Shown here one piece after another: positions 1 through 16,900 of a stretch of 64,000 nt of DNA (within the stretch, counting starts at the first letter, position 1; each line of letters opens with the position of its first letter). The notes below the pieces were generated by a model, which was not told the origin of the DNA, searched no databases, and saw only the letters and a list, made by a program, of their open reading frames with translations. The stretch comes from Phallusia mammillata (Eukaryota), in NCBI GenBank assembly GCA_965637545.1, contig OZ281498.1, forward strand, positions 23,560,001-23,624,000, given 5' to 3'. Made by a program: the position numbers and the translations under genes.

Positions 1-95
1 ATTTGTGACTAACCATATTTGTCTGCCAAAAAGCATCTTTACATTTTTGGTAAATATTATTTTATACTTTGGTATTTTATTCTGTGGAATTGCAC

Positions 96-1644
<1,549 letters not shown>

Positions 1645-2724
1645 CTTGAAAATCTCCACTAAGGAAATGAACACATGTAACCAATCACAACGCGTCACTT
1701 GAAGTAACCCGGATGTGCGGCTATAGAAATAAAAATCGTTTCCTGTACAGTTTTTTTTTTGTTTTAAAATTAGTTTTTGTGTAATTTGACAAGATATTTT
1801 TTAGTTTAAAATAACTTTATGCCCAACTGGCGTTTTTTTAATTTTGCGCAACGCGATAACCTGCCGCCAAAATAAATTATTCTGATATTTAGTATTGTGC
1901 TGTATTAATTTTGAAACCGGGCACGAAAACGGTACATAGAAGTACAGAAACACTACTAGCGCCACATAATATAAGGTTTTATATCGCTTTAACTCGTTAT
2001 AAAATAAATACAAAAGCAGTACTAGTAAAAATAAAACAATGCTAAATATGGGCATGTGCCGTATTTCAAAAAAATCCGTAGAAAAAAATATTCTGATTTT
2101 TATTTTTTAATCATTTTAGTTTTTTTACAAACATTTTTTTAACGTTTACAATTATTTCCGAAATAGTTACTGGGCCTTACTGCATGAGCAACATTAACAT
2201 CCAAAAATTCTGTCCATTAGAGTGCAGTAAAACGCTATCATTCAGCAAACAATAAAACAGAAAGCGATTTTATTTTGTGCACATAATAAAAAAGCAAAAC
2301 ATCCGTGTTTGAATAACAACGAATTATTAGGCAAGTCGTCCTGGACGACTTATTATAAACCATACAACAGCAATATAATGGCTAAAACCCAAGTTTTGTT
2401 ATCCAGTAGGCTATTGATGTTTGATATTCCCCGAAAATCTATAATATACGTAGTTTAAGAATAGGAAAAGTTTTGTGTAGATTTGAAATTAGTCCAATTA
2501 TTTTACTCTTAACTGGCGTGTTATTTTTATATGTTTGTATGCATAAATTGTTGAGAAAAAAGTGTTTAAAACCTACAAATACTGTCATTTATCTATTGAT
2601 ATGTCATGTACATTATAATAGACCGTGTAATAGATCGTGCTTAAACAAAAAGAACACTTGCAGTTTTGCCCAATGCCTATTAACTGCTCGACCTTTCAGA
2701 CAAAATACCCTTGGTTGGTTAAAC

Positions 2725-2940
2725 CAGTGGTTCTAAAACGTTTTTTTGCTGCGACGCCCCTGGAAAAGTTTTCTGGACTTGCGACGCACCAGCAAATAAA
2801 AGTTAATGAGGAAACTTATTATTAAAGCTGTGTTTATTGATACAACAACAAAAAGCCACGGAACGTAACTATTCTGCGACGCCCTTGGAAGATTGAAACG
2901 ATGCACCAGGGCGTCGCGACGCACAGTTTGAGAACTATTG
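2725..2940. mobile_element. hAT (Charlie/Buster-type) MITE
   Basis: Termini CAGTGGTTCTAAAA ... TTTGAGAACTATTG; exact 8-bp TSD GGTTAAAC on both sides. Confidence 0.85.
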
Positions 2941-3027
2941 GGTTAAACGTTAGTCGAAAACGCTCTTGACGCGGAGTTGACATTTTGCTAGGGTAACAGG
3001 TAATTTCCTGTTCCGTGGCTGAGGTAG

Positions 3028-3521
3028 ATTATAACAACAAAATTAGTCGGCAAACTTTCGAAAGGCTTGTGCAATGAAAGCGTTGTTGGACGCATGCAAA
3101 AAGAGTTGAGTTTATTTCGTTTGGTAAAAGAAAATACAATTGCACTAGGCCAGTGTTTTTTAACATCTTCATCATACATTTGATTATGTTTGCCCCACGT
3201 TCATATATAGCAGACCTAATTTAATGTATAGCCTATTGTTTGTTTTTTATTTTTTTAATGTATTTTTCGACAATCAGGAGGCAGTACGAGAACTGAAAAT
3301 TGCCCTTTGTCGCGTTAATGTATATTGTTGCAGTATGGGTTTGAAAACGATTTTTTTAAACTTATATTCATTAGGTGATGGTGGATTTATCAAAACCGTT
3401 TAAGGGCGCACTATTGAGAAACCCACAGAACCAGAACAAATTCGTATTGTTGGAACGTTATAAAAAAGAGTTGAGGTTTGGTGTTGAAAGGGCTAAATCC
3501 GCTGCAGCTACACCGTCATAG
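3028..3521 (+). CDS. Candidate terminal exons of an unidentified small gene
   Basis: Putative exons 3028-3123, 3278-3319 and 3375-3521 join in phase 0 (…GRMQKELSLFRL-EAVRELKIALCRVN-VMVDLSKPFKGALLRNPQNQNKFVLLERYKKELRFGVERAKSAAATPS*), with AATAAA near 3600. No recognisable homology and no defined start. Confidence 0.25.
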
Positions 3522-6500
3522 AAGTTAAAGCAAAAAGAAATTCACGTGTTTAAGTCGAACTGTGACAAGAGATTTGTGTGTTATTTTGGTTTCAGCTCGA
3601 ATAAAAGTTTTTTTTCTAAAGAAAAATCGAGCCCTTAGCATAATTCGTTACTACCACTTGTGTTCTTAACATATAGTGTTACAGTTGATTGTCTAAATCT
3701 AAAGCTCGTTTAAAAATGTGTTTGTAACGTAAGCATAACAACTGCACACCGTCTGAAACAGATTGATTTAAAATGCCAATATATGGTTCGACTCAAACGC
3801 GATTGCAGGGTTGTTTTTATGATAAATAAACTATTTAAAGAGGTTGTACAAAAATGACTTTCCATTTTGAAAGCCTATCACATTTTGTGGAATTCGTTGA
3901 CGTAAAGTTGTTGAAAAATCTATGTTAAATTTGTTTCTTCACACAAGTCGGGAAAAGCTTTCAATCTCAGATGTTCATATCCCAGACAGCCGGCTGTTAT
4001 CTATAGGTTCAATCTTGTTGTCCGATTACTTTTATCCCTGTGATGGCCTATCATTTGAACGATTTTCCACCTGGTACACCTGCCTGTGTTCTATTTCAGC
4101 CTTTACATAGATTGCTATGTTTTCAAGCAATCGATGGGGCAATAACATTGCAGACAGGCCTTGTCGCTCCGGCAAATTTGCTCGTTGTTGATTGATCTAC
4201 GCCGTTTTGGGCTTGACATAGACGGGATGTAAGGCAAAACACCCGGGACCTACCGTAAACACGTTTAAGTGTTTTACACCGGGTTAACTTCAGAGCAACG
4301 TGTAATTACTTGTATTATATTCTTAGTAAGACGGATTAACGTCTAAATGCATTAAGATTAAGCCAAGAGTTACTCCGCCGAGATCTAATTTACTCTATCT
4401 AATTTATGTTTTTTACGTTTTTTATCCATACTAATATTTTCTCCACCTTAACGAAAAGTTCCACGATTTTGATTGACATTTTTTTGTTGAAATCCATTCA
4501 TAAAGCGTGGTTTAGAATATTATAAAAGCGTTTATTGTTCATGTTAATCTGCTTTGTAAATATTTTTTGGCATTTAGAAAGTAGATAACGGTTATCATTC
4601 ATAACTTCATAGAGCTGCCATAAAGTGCTTAAAACTTCTTGGCAAACAGACCACAAGTGACAGACTGAAGAGCAGGTTAAATTTGATCTTCAGACGCAGG
4701 AAAAACCGCTGTCAGGCGCAAACAAGGACCAAATTGTGAGTGTCATCGTTGATAAGTTACACAAACATTGAGATGCGGCTTTTATCAGAAACCAAAGATA
4801 CGTAGATTTAGATGACAGACCTGTATGTGCAAAAGTGTAGCCCATCTGTGCAAAAGTTACTGATAATTTATTGGCGTCTATGAATTACAGCTTCGTCCAG
4901 TTTGGAACATTTAAAAAAAATGTAAGGATATTAATGCGCAACGCAGGACATTTTCTGTAACGTCATATTGGGATATTGTTCTTTTATTACCTGTTTTACT
5001 TGCACATGTTTATTGTTTTACCGGATTTTGACTTTAAGAATAATATATTGCACCTTTAGACCTTGTATATCAAATGAAGGTGTGTATGACAATGGTATCA
5101 ACTGATTTTGATCAAATTGTTACAAAAAGCAGTCTTATTCATGACGCTAAAGATGCTGAGTTGAGACTAAACTAGAAACTTTACAGATGCAGATTGTTTT
5201 TTTCTTGGCATATTTTTTCTTTAATATTTTAAAAGTGTACGGAAAACTCAAACAGTTTGAGATTCACTGATCTAAGAAAAACATCTTAACCTTGTCTTCA
5301 TGACTGTTTTTACAGCTTCGTAAAAAATCCGTTCTGGTTCATGTTGTTCAACGCCCTAACCAAAAAATCGGTATTCCTCAAGGACGCAATTTAGTCCACT
5401 AAGGCTCTTGTATTTTCCTTCGCTGTTCAGGGCGCCACACGACTAGTTAGCATGTAGTGGCAATTAGAGATAGAAAGCTGTTAATTAAAGGAGCTCCAGG
5501 GCGTCTCGGGCGCGTTACAAGATCCCTACACGCCACCCAAACATCCCAAGGGACTGATTTCATGAATAATTTAGGCCCAAAGGCTTCCGGAGTTAGTCCT
5601 GCCAATTTTTGAAACCATCAAGGTGATTTGTGAAGTTTTCCCAGAACGATTTTTCACCGCTGCTGCTGCTAGGTTAAAGAAGTGGTAAGTTAAGTTAAAG
5701 AAATACAAAGGAGTAAGGACTAATTCTGTTTGAATTTTTAAGCCCAGTTAATTGGATGACAAATGTGCACCCAACAATAAACATCCAAAATTTTATGAAA
5801 GGTAGGCCCATATGCATGGTTTAAACACATACTGGGATCAGCCCTCAAGCGTCGATGCAGACCAGCGACCATAACGCCTTAAATGGGCCTGGCATACAGC
5901 AGTTTATAACGATTTTCCTCCAAAGGAATTTTCGGTTGAATATGGTGATATTCACCCCACGAATCAATTCCCAAATTGCTTTCTGCTTGCCTATTTACTT
6001 GCGTGCGAGCGCATCATATATCTTACAAAAGCAGATGTTTGCAAGCCGGTTTTGATATAATCCCTATTTCCGTCCGAAAAGCAATCACAAATTACCAAAA
6101 ACAATAAGCAATATCTCCTTACCCAACCCTTGCGCAATTCATTCTTTACATACGTATACATACGTACTATAGTGTTGATGCACCGTTTGCGCAGCAAGTG
6201 AAAGGTGTTGTTTTTAGATTTACATGCCCCAGTTTTTGCTTCCGCTGAACCCAGTTTTTAAGCGGCCCATTGTAGTCATTGCAGGAGTCAGTGAAGTCCT
6301 AATGGCGACGAAACCGTGGATTGATGCCGCGAAAAACGCCAAAATCAATACCGGGATACAAATGCTAGGTTCGCGCACGTTGTTCCGCATTTGCTACGCC
6401 ATGTTAGCAACGTTGGGCTCGGCTAGGGAAAGGGTAAAAGCTATACGCCGAGTTATGGTATTATATCGTCACGCAGAGCAAATAACCTAAGCCGTAGAAT

Positions 6501-7992
6501 TTCGCGTTTTTTGCCACTAAATTCAAGTGTTAACGCAATACGTTTTTCTGAAACGTTTGCTTAGGCATTCTCAAACACGCCATAACAATGGCGTTAAAGG
6601 TTTAATTCGAAATTATTTACAGTTTAATGGACATAGCGTCACCTTTTATATGCGCCAAGGTTGCAAATGATTTAGGTTTAACAAGATTGCTAAACAGAAA
6701 AGCATGTTAATCTACAGTCTCTTGTACTAGGCTTGGTAAGTTGGAACTGCTAATAAACGTCAATTTCTCTTCGCTTATTAGTTAACTTAATTATAGAGTG
6801 CACGGCAAGGGCTTTTCGCGAGACCGGCCTTTCTTTCCTTGCGCCTGCGGGAAATACGCGCTTGTGCTCCTGCGGCGAACCCATACAGAATTGAGAGGCT
6901 TTATACCGTTTGGGTCACAACCTTTTTGGCCAGGTCACATTGTAGCTGTCGTACAATCAGTAATGTTAGTTAGGCCCTTAAAAGTAGATTATTTAGCGTT
7001 TTTTTAAGAAATAGGCAGGCGTATTCGGAACGGTTACCTATCAACTACAATTTAACTAACAGAAGTGGTAAGTTTAACGACAACAGAAGTAGCATGCGTT
7101 TAAGCTACAATATGTTGCTTAATTGTACTTAAGACGGTTTAAATGTATTGCTACCAATTTATAAAAATAGTCTTTCTGGTGTGGTCGTCTATTGAACTGC
7201 GACTTTTCTCACTAGCGTTGTGCAGGCGCCCAAGTTTTAACAGATAATTACACGAGGCACTTTGATGAACCCATTTTACAGGCCTAAGGGATGATACGTT
7301 ACTTCTGGTAGGAATTCGTACCCGTAGTTAAATCGATAGGTTTAGAACTAAGCTTATTCATCAAAAATGGTTATTTTGGAATGTTGTAGATTTCTAAAAA
7401 GGTAGCGAACCTATTTTGACCTGACTTTAGGAAGTTTGAAAGTGTGGCACCGGAAATGTTCATAGTGACGTAAGAATGCGGTGTGTTTCGTCATTATGAT
7501 TGCAATTTGTATCAACACTGTAATGTTCTTTCCCTCTTGAGTTAAAATGTAAAACGCGTTTAAAGTTTTGTGCCCTTACTAGGTAACTGACCTTTCGTTC
7601 AATCTTTGTTTTTTTGCGCACTTTTCCTTATCTCATGCCAGATGTAAAGTCGATGTGTATGTTTTGTTATTTTTGAGTAAAAATACAATTACTGAGAATC
7701 CGCCTATCTAGCGCTCATCCGACGAAGCACCTGTCAGCCGCCCGCGTTCAGTACGTTGTATATTTTTGTAGCGTGACTAATTGAGACAGTGTTCTTGGTG
7801 TTGCGGTGCGACCTTTGGCAAGATACACAGGAAATCTTTTATCTGAGGCGCAGCAAGGAAAAAAAACGCAGAAATGCAAATTTGAGTTTTTTTATCAAAA
7901 GCGCCACCTTTCTAGCTCTTATCATTCAAATGCATCTGCTTTGCAGGTTAAAATACGCGGTTTTTGATTTGTAATTTTGTTATCAGCAACAA

Positions 7993-10900
7993 ATGGATTT
8001 AAAACCTTTTCTGGTTTGTCTTATCGTTTCAATACTTCAGGGAAGCGGCATTCCAGGTAAGATTGCTTGATTTCTGAAAAATTTTGATTTCATTTGATCG
8101 TTTAATGCAGGAATGTTTAAACTTGATTTCTGATAGGCCGAATGCATTTAACCAGTGGTGGGATTAAGCCGTTTCGTACCGGTTCTATAAAACGGTCTCA
8201 CAAAAGTTTATGAAATCAGCGAACTGGTTAGCATTACTGGTTACTGTCAATGGATTTTTGCATCTTAACTTATACACCGATCTTTAAGATCCAGCTGAAA
8301 AAGATGACTTTTGTGATAGAACCAGCTGACAAAAAATTCCCACCACTGCATTTAACATGACTAGTGCAGAGGGTAAAACACAGATTGAATTTACCTTTGT
8401 CACTTACCAAATACCCTTGTATTGTGTTGACAACCATCAATTAAATTTCGTAATTTCGGCCACAATTAAAAAGTCGCAAAAAATTGAACCCGGGGCATTG
8501 ATTTTTTCTGAAAGTGAAAAATAATTAGATTTAGCCGCCTACACTGTATTGAAATATTAAGCGAGTTACACATTATTTAAAATTTTAACGTCTTTGCGGA
8601 CAGCACAGCGTCTGTTCATTAACTCGAATTAGTTTGAGGGTCGCGCACCGCTGGTTTAACACGCAATATTAGAATGGTAATGATTTTTGCAATTGTTACT
8701 TAATTAGTTTTTATTAGTGGTTTACCAAAATCCGTCACTCTTTAAAAAGAAATGTCTTGTCAGTATATAAACAGGTATTGCTCTTCCAGCAGTTACTAGA
8801 GCAATACTCCTTCATACATTATGCCTGACAGCAATAGCTTATTTAATGTCATGTCATGAAGCATGGTTAAATTATTATGGACAAAATACACTACGTAAAT
8901 GTTTATTCACAGTGGTCGAATTTAAACAACCATAAATCATGTTGATTCATTTCCTGGTGACAGTGGACAACGAAAACGTCATGACATTTGATAATTTACA
9001 ACTGAGGCACGTTAAGGTTTACGATTTTCCGTTCAGGCAGAAATATTAGGATAGTTTTTAAAAAAGCTTTTGATGATTTTAACTGTGGATATTGAGTTGC
9101 GTTTTCAAGTAGGCAAGGGGTCATCGAAAGTCGGTTTTTCATTTTTTCGTCACGGTTCAGTAAACGCGACGTCAGTACTTGTGACGTTTTCAAATCAAAA
9201 ACAAAATCGCAAATTGCGAAACAGTTTCTTCAATAGCTTTGTGAAGTTAATTATTAACTATTAAAAAACCATCTTGGATTTTAAAACACTGATTTAATAA
9301 ATAATTACCGGAACTTGTAATGTCAAAGCGTCGCTTTTTCGTGTCGGTATATATTTCTCAAACGTGTTCAAACATTTTTTATAACATTTTAGAAAATCAC
9401 CTTAAAATCATTGTTTTTCAATGTTTGGCGATAACTTACTGATATGATTGACAACAGAAAGTTTGCAAAAATTAGATACAGATTTGTATAGTATTTCCCA
9501 AAAGATATGCTGACAAAATTTGTACATATTGTTTGGACGAAATACCTATTATATGTCGAACATTTTTACGCTTTCAACAAACATAAAAAAGTATTGTTTT
9601 TTTTCAAATCTTTTCACACGTGGCAAGAGGCCAAAATTGACTTTAAAGTGACTTTTTTGGCCCTTTTGCAGCCATAATTTTAATTTATTTATAGTGCATT
9701 GACTGATTTACCCTTCAATAATCCCTTGAGGTGTGCGTTTTGAACGCCAACTTAGAGTGCAGGCAGCCAATTCAGCCAATTCAGCCAATTCAGCCATCTT
9801 ACGATATTCAGTTACCAGTACATAGTACATAGACCTAGCGATGCTAGCAAACGACTTAAACCAGTAAAAAGGTGGTTAAAACGTAAAATTCAATTCGTGC
9901 TCTCGTGGCCTTTCCGCTTGTAAAGAAGACCTTATTTAAACAACAGCACCCGCATGGTATTTTTATTATGTTTAAACAGACTGCGTCCGCCCGCCCGCCC
10001 AAGCCTTGGGGTTCGGTTAAGAATGAAAAAATCGATAACCACGTAAATTTAAAGTGAAGGCGTTTAAGCTCAGGGACAGGTAGCGGTTTTCGGGCATTTT
10101 AGCAACAAATATGACACAGCGGTATATTCTATTTTAGGAAAATCCATCTAATTGTAATAAAGGTTAACATTCGGGAGCATAATTCTATGCTTTGTGACCC
10201 AATATGGTTTTGTTGCTCACAGTGGTCCCTAGTGTACTTAGGGAGCTTTTGTGTATTCCCAGACACATGAAAATATATGCTGCACATAAAATAGTGTGCG
10301 GTCACAGCCTGTACATCCAATGCTGCTCACTGTGGTCCTCAGAGAGCTTGCTGTGTATATGCTAAGACGCATGCAAAATAAGGAACATTCGTTGTAATAT
10401 TGGGTATCAACAAAATCCAACGTTTTCCATTTGCAGCCGAGGGCGCCAAAAATTCAACATTGTGGACAGAAGTACCAAGCAGTGGACCTTATACTTCATG
10501 CAGCAGCGAACAATGGCCTTATTTCTTCTGCGAAAACGGCATTAATTGCTTCACAATCCAGGTAGGCTTGTCTTCCGATTGAATGGCGAGTTGTTTACCG
10601 AAGGTTTAGTTTTTTGTTTGTCGAATTCTTTAAGCGGGGTTGGGTCGTTTACCGTTCACATTTTGATACTCTCTCTCTTTTTTATTTGACTTCCCTTATC
10701 TTGATCGTGTTTCCGTGCCCTTTGCGTTGCTCAAAGGCTTTTGTGTTTGTCGCATGAGGGGTGGCAAACATACATGGCAAATAAGAGCCCATAGAAATTT
10801 TCTTGACGTTTTTTGCCTGTCGGGGAAAACTGTAACTGTTCTATTCGAATAAGAACCTGCAAATGCCAGTTTCGACAAAGTTCATGTTTTTTTATTTGTT

Positions 10901-13900
10901 TTTGAACTCAAGATTTAGACGGAACGGTCTAGCAAAATTTTAACCCGATTCTTTAGCTTGATAATTTTGCAACTTTGCAAACATTAAGTGGTACACAATT
11001 GACGGAAACGCCACAGCATTGCTGATGACCTATATCACAAGCTTTGCCTGAGTTTTCGGGGAATTGCAAAAACAGGGCGTGGCGTCAAGTTCTTGTCACG
11101 TGAGCGTGTTTTTTTACGCAACAGTGGCTAGCATGGTTAAGGCACCAAAAGCGGGTTAGCCAACGAACTTCGTGCAGTCAACCATTTTAAAGCTACCAAA
11201 TTTCGAACAAAAATAAGCGCTTGTAATCTCTATGAAACAATACCCAAATTGTAGCTCACTTAATTCTAACAGCATATTTAATAGTTTTTGTTCTTTGTGG
11301 TCTAAACCTTGGATAAAAAAAAGCAAAAACATAAAAACAACATCTAAAGAATGTCGTTCTCAAAAGAAATGTTGGCCAGTAATGCACATATTCACACACG
11401 GTGCTGGTGACCTTTCACGTTATTTACACTTGGCTGCACAAAGCTAGTTCAATTTTGTTGTCTCTAAAGGTCAAACAAACAAGAAAATGTATTATGCCAT
11501 CAGTAGAGGGTAGTGCTAAGTGACGTAACAGTTAAAGCGCGCGATGTCTTTGTATCGCTGCGCAGGTGACCACAAGATTGCGAGGAGCTGGTGCAAAGTA
11601 GCGTAATCCCTACCTTGTGATAAGACGCGGTGTGCAGATATTCACTCCGATAGACCAAGGTGCTGTTTAGGATCCTTGGCTGGCAACGATAAAGTGCTTT
11701 TCTCCCAACTTAGGCGGAACTTTGGTATTTTAAGTGTTTTTTCGGGGAGTTTGCGGCGGCCTTAACAAGTTAATTCAAAACTTTCGCGGTGAAGCTCAAT
11801 TTAGATTCGGGTTCTTGGCATTTTAGGTTTCTATCTTTGAAAATCGTAAGCTGTACAAATATTTAAATTAAATCTTAGTGTTGTGAAGAGGTCACCGCAG
11901 AGTGTTTGGCAACAAATAAACAGCAAAGAACCATCGAGCTTCATAAAGAACAACAGAATTCTCTTAATCGAGAAAAGAGCTGAACCAACGTTTTTATACC
12001 CGTGTCACAATTTCAGTCGAGTCCGACTTGCGTAAAGTCAAAGTTTTCGTAATTTAAAACTCGCGTTTATCTATTTTGGTCATCGTGATTGAAGTGAGGC
12101 CCAGTAACGGCCACGAACTGTCTCAAATTAATCAAACAAGTGTTTCATTAAGTTTCACTCTAGACGACTTGAACCATCATAAAACTTACTGGTACAGAGT
12201 GGTATAAGCAAGTTTATAAAAGTGTAAAGTCAGGTTCGAATCAAGTCTGTTTTTTGAACTTTCGTCCCTACCAGGCCTGACTTACAACTCTATGCAGGTG
12301 TACCCTGAACAAAAGCCAGTATATGTTACTGTTTATTTACTTTTATTAAATCTTGCTTCGATGACATCAAGGTGCAAACGACGCGTCCATTTGCACCGAC
12401 ACATATTAGTAATGTTTATTATTCGTTTCCACGTTAGACTTTTGTGATAACAAACAAACCGAGTACCAATATACAGTTTTATCGGTAAAACTGACGCAAA
12501 TAACAAAGGGCGCCTTGTAAAGCAGCCTAGAAAAAGTCCGCTTCATATCATGTACGCCACGTTATCTTAAAAATATCAGCACAAAAAAAGGTTAAATCAC
12601 TTTCAGGAGCGGCTAATGAATCTTAAAGTGCGCAATACTGCTTATGGGTAAAGTACAGTAGTTGTTACAAGCGCCCATCCTTTTTCATGGCGCTAATATT
12701 AATGATGTACAAAAACTTGAAGTTGTACATGATATTGGACAATAAGAAAAATGATTTTCATAGAACATATGTTAAAAAATGTGCCTAAAAACTAGTTTTG
12801 GGAAAGATGCATTTGGCTAAAACTTATAACATATTCAGGAAAATTCATTTCTGTTAAAGATCTTTAGTTGTACAAATAACATTAAAGTCAAATTCAAATT
12901 TAGTTAAATCATTGGAAAACAAGGTCCAAGTATTCCTAATCGCCGGAAAAAAATGCCAAATTGCGCATTTTCAACTTTGTTATCCATAAAGGCAACCTTT
13001 GCCCTGATAAATTTGCTCACATGTTCAAAAGCACCGGTAAAGGTCACCAAAGGTCATTTTGGTTGCAGATAAAGGTTACCAGAGGTCGTTTTGGTTACCT
13101 GTATTGGTCAATAAACCTGGATAATTATGAACGACATTTCCAATCTGTTCCTTGGCTCGACCGCATACAGCCTTGTTGTTGAACATAAATTGGCCCAAAT
13201 CGGTAGAAAATGTCACAAGCGGTTTTCTTGACAGTAATATGGCACCTGTTCGACTAAGCATTTGCGTTTTTTACTTCTTGAGGACTGTAACGTGGGAAAT
13301 AGTGAAATCAAAAGTTTGTCAAGTTTTTGCTGCCTCAAAAGAACAAAAGGGTCAAATGTGTTTTTTTCCAAAAAATATTTCAATTCTCTTATACTTAACA
13401 TTATTGTACCGCCATCAACGTTTCAAGATATGCCGTAATGAATTAAATTAGTCTCTGAAATCTGCAATAACGTTAACTTAAAGTCTTTAATTTTCCTATA
13501 ACACCACCAATTATTTCCCTGTTTTGCAGTATTGCATACATTACTGGCTTTTGTGGGCAATTGTATTTTGTTGGGTTAGTGCCAAGGGCTAAAGTTGTAA
13601 AGTCTAATAATATTTTGCTCAAGCTGGCTTAAAACACCGAGTTATGGAAACTTAAATGAGCATTTTTACAATTTGAAGAGCTTTGTGCTCTTGGCTATCT
13701 GATGTCTAGAGCACATCAACTCGCCCAGTAAAAGTAAGGGGTCAACTAATGGACTAAAGCACAGAAGAATTACTATGCAGGAGCCGAGCAGATCTCCAGT
13801 TCACCAATAACTTTACCCCACCACGTCACTTGAAGGTCACAGACAAGCCTTCAAGGTCAAGGGCCGTCTCGGGGTAAAACTCAACCACATAACTTGTCGG

Positions 13901-16900
13901 CGCTGAGTTAATAAAGTGACTCGGCATTGCACAGTTGAAAATAAAACCTCTTAGTCATGGGTTGACTTTGCTGGGAAAGCCACGAACACTCCAGAATAAT
14001 CCGATTTGCACCTTTTTGTGGGTTTTAGTGAAGTTTCACAACACTGTGCTGGTTTAAAGCTAAGAAGTATTAATTTTGCGGAACATTGTACTAAACTATG
14101 TCTTCGCAAACGCTTTTTGTGTAACATTGGAATTGATCAAAAAATTGAGAAGAGATTTTATGCTTTGACAGTAATTACTTGTCTTGCTTCAATCAATGTG
14201 ATTTCTTCTAATTCGGCTGGTAATCATTTACTAAAAATGTACAAAATACTAAAGGGCAAAAACGACGCCTTACACTGAAAGCACCAAAACAAAAACTGAA
14301 ACACTCAGTCTTGGGATCAAAGTACTTCTGTTATTTGGACTTAAAATTGACATTAACACGTGAGAAAATTTTGTTTTTGGTTCGTAAAGGTTCGCGATGT
14401 CTCTATCGATTTCAGATCGACCCCTGTCGTCACGTATAGGTGGACATGGGTTACGTGAAGAATGTTGTTTATGTGAAAAAACAAATCGCAATATCATTCA
14501 CCTTGCAAAACGCCCATAAACAATCTACTAAAAATCCAAGTCACTAGGTACATATTTACGGCTTTGGGTGATGGCTATGACGTCACAATAAAAAGGTGAC
14601 GTCATAGTTACGTGTCAAGCTCGTCGTAAACAAACCCAAAAATGTCGGTAACCTTGATTTTGACGAACGGGATAAGTCGAAAAATAACCAGCCATGAACT
14701 TGAATCAATAGACCTAAGGTTCATTGTAGTCTTCATCCACCAAGCAACGAGCTGGGTTATTCTATTGTTAGGTTAAAAAACAACCAATTTAGAATTGATG
14801 AACAAAATGTTTTGCAGCAACACCGCACACGGACTTGAAACCAAAAACAAAACTGCTATAGAGCTTGTATATAGTAAATACTTGCAAAAAATGTATTTAC
14901 CACATACCAGCTCTCTGGCAGTTATATTGTTGATAAAGAAATTGCTTCCTGTTTTCGCATTTGCCAACCCAATTTACCGATCTATCCATTTGCTCGTAAA
15001 CCAGAAGTAGCTGAGCAATATTAAAACGTCAGTGAGCAAACATCGCAACAAGGAATGTCGTTTCGCCGTTTTGTCTTTATTACCCTGCTCCGTCTGTTGT
15101 CAATATTGTTTGGTTACGTGATGTACAAGGAGTGCAAGGGGCTCTTCAAGCGCCTGGTCTTTTGTGTAGCTTAAAGATTTCGGTATCGATCGAATTTGCG
15201 ACAGGAGAAGCTACTGTTTTTTGTTACACTTGTTTTAGATTTCAATTCACTGGCAACAGTTCGCGTAAACAACGGAATCAACGTCAATCACTTTGTTTTG
15301 TTTCTCCCTAATAATGTTTCTGACTTGTATTTCCATGGCTACTGTTCATGTTTGCACGTAGTAACCGGGCCCGAAAGTATAAGCCCAAAGCCCCGCCCGA
15401 ACCCGAATCGTTTTTGCGAAGTCCCGTTTGGACCCAAAGTCTGATTGACAGACCTATAATAAAGAAGCATACACAATGGACAAGGGCTTAAACAAGACGT
15501 TTTCGAGCTGTTTGGCATTAGTTTGGCATAAGTCCAGTAACTAGCTAGGTATAATTCATACTTGCAAAAATTGCGGACACCGAATGTGAAGTCAGGCCTG
15601 GATCAAGCCCGTTTGCAAAAAAACCCAAACACGGCTTATAACTCTGATATACAAACAAGCTCCTTGATTCGACAAGAGGGGCGGATTAGCCTTATTAATA
15701 TGCAAGTAATTTTATAACATTACCTATTACTATTGCCAGTTGACCCTTAAAGCCCTGTAATGTTACATTCTTGCTTTGAAAAAGAACACAGATATTTCAA
15801 AAACACTAAAGAAATAGTAAATGAAATATCTTACTGAATGATACTGTATCATTTTGTCCAATGAGCGATCTGTATTGTTACTATAGCAAGCATGCGACGG
15901 ACATGATGACTGTGGAGATTCGTCGGATGAGTGGATGCTTTGTCCACACTCGTATTTGTGTCCTGGACAAGAAAAACCGATAGCTATGGACAAGTTCTGT
16001 GACGGGACAAAAGACTGCAAAGGAGGCGAAGACGAATTGACACAAAGCAACAACAGCAGGTAAGCGCGAAAAAATCTTTGAATCGGCGGCCCCATACGGC
16101 GTTAATTCCCGCAAAAAAGATGATATCACGCTGGGGTGGCTTTGTACTAACGAAGTAAATTAAGGTGCCCTGAATATTTTCTGTTTAAGTAAACAAATTA
16201 GGCCATTGCACTGATGTTGGTAAAGCGCCAGCGAAGCTTGTATTGTGGTTGAGAGTTGAAATTCCAACAAAGACTAGGCCAATAAAGGGTAAGTGGATTT
16301 TAAATGACAAACAATCTCCAAAAAAGCACCACAAATGATTTTAGTACATTGGTACAATCCTACAATAAACGCTGCTAAGTTTAATCTTTCCAAATATAGT
16401 TAAGTGGGCCACCTTTTCACAAATATAGTCATAATTCCCTGGCTTTTGGGGGTAACGTTACAAATATACATTTACGCAAGTTTTAGGTCCTGAAATGGTG
16501 TTGTCAAAATGATGATAAATCGGTTACAGAAACATAAATTACCGAATTTATCAAAACACGACAGGCGAGTTTTGAAGACATGATACCAAAGCCAATATTT
16601 TGACGCTGTGATGACTGGGAGGGGCAATTTTTGGTGGATTTTTGATGTAATTAGGGTGAAATAATTTACTACAAATGGTCGGTAACAGTCAATCACTTGA
16701 CTTGGTGCTAGATGATAAATGTGCCGCTTTAATGCTGCTAACATGTGGCACCTTGGCTTATAATCGACTGAACCATGTTTGATTGAAAAATTAACCAAAT
16801 ATAAGAAAATATTGAATTGATCATTAAAACTTTTGTGACAATCTTAAGAAATCGACGTTTATGAAACCGATTAATGCCTAAACCTTAACGTCGTTATAAT

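Noticed and set aside
3900-4900. Coding-looking stretches with stops between HCFC1 and the GPCR
   Set aside because: All frames are interrupted and I could not assign a family; possibly old transposon debris.
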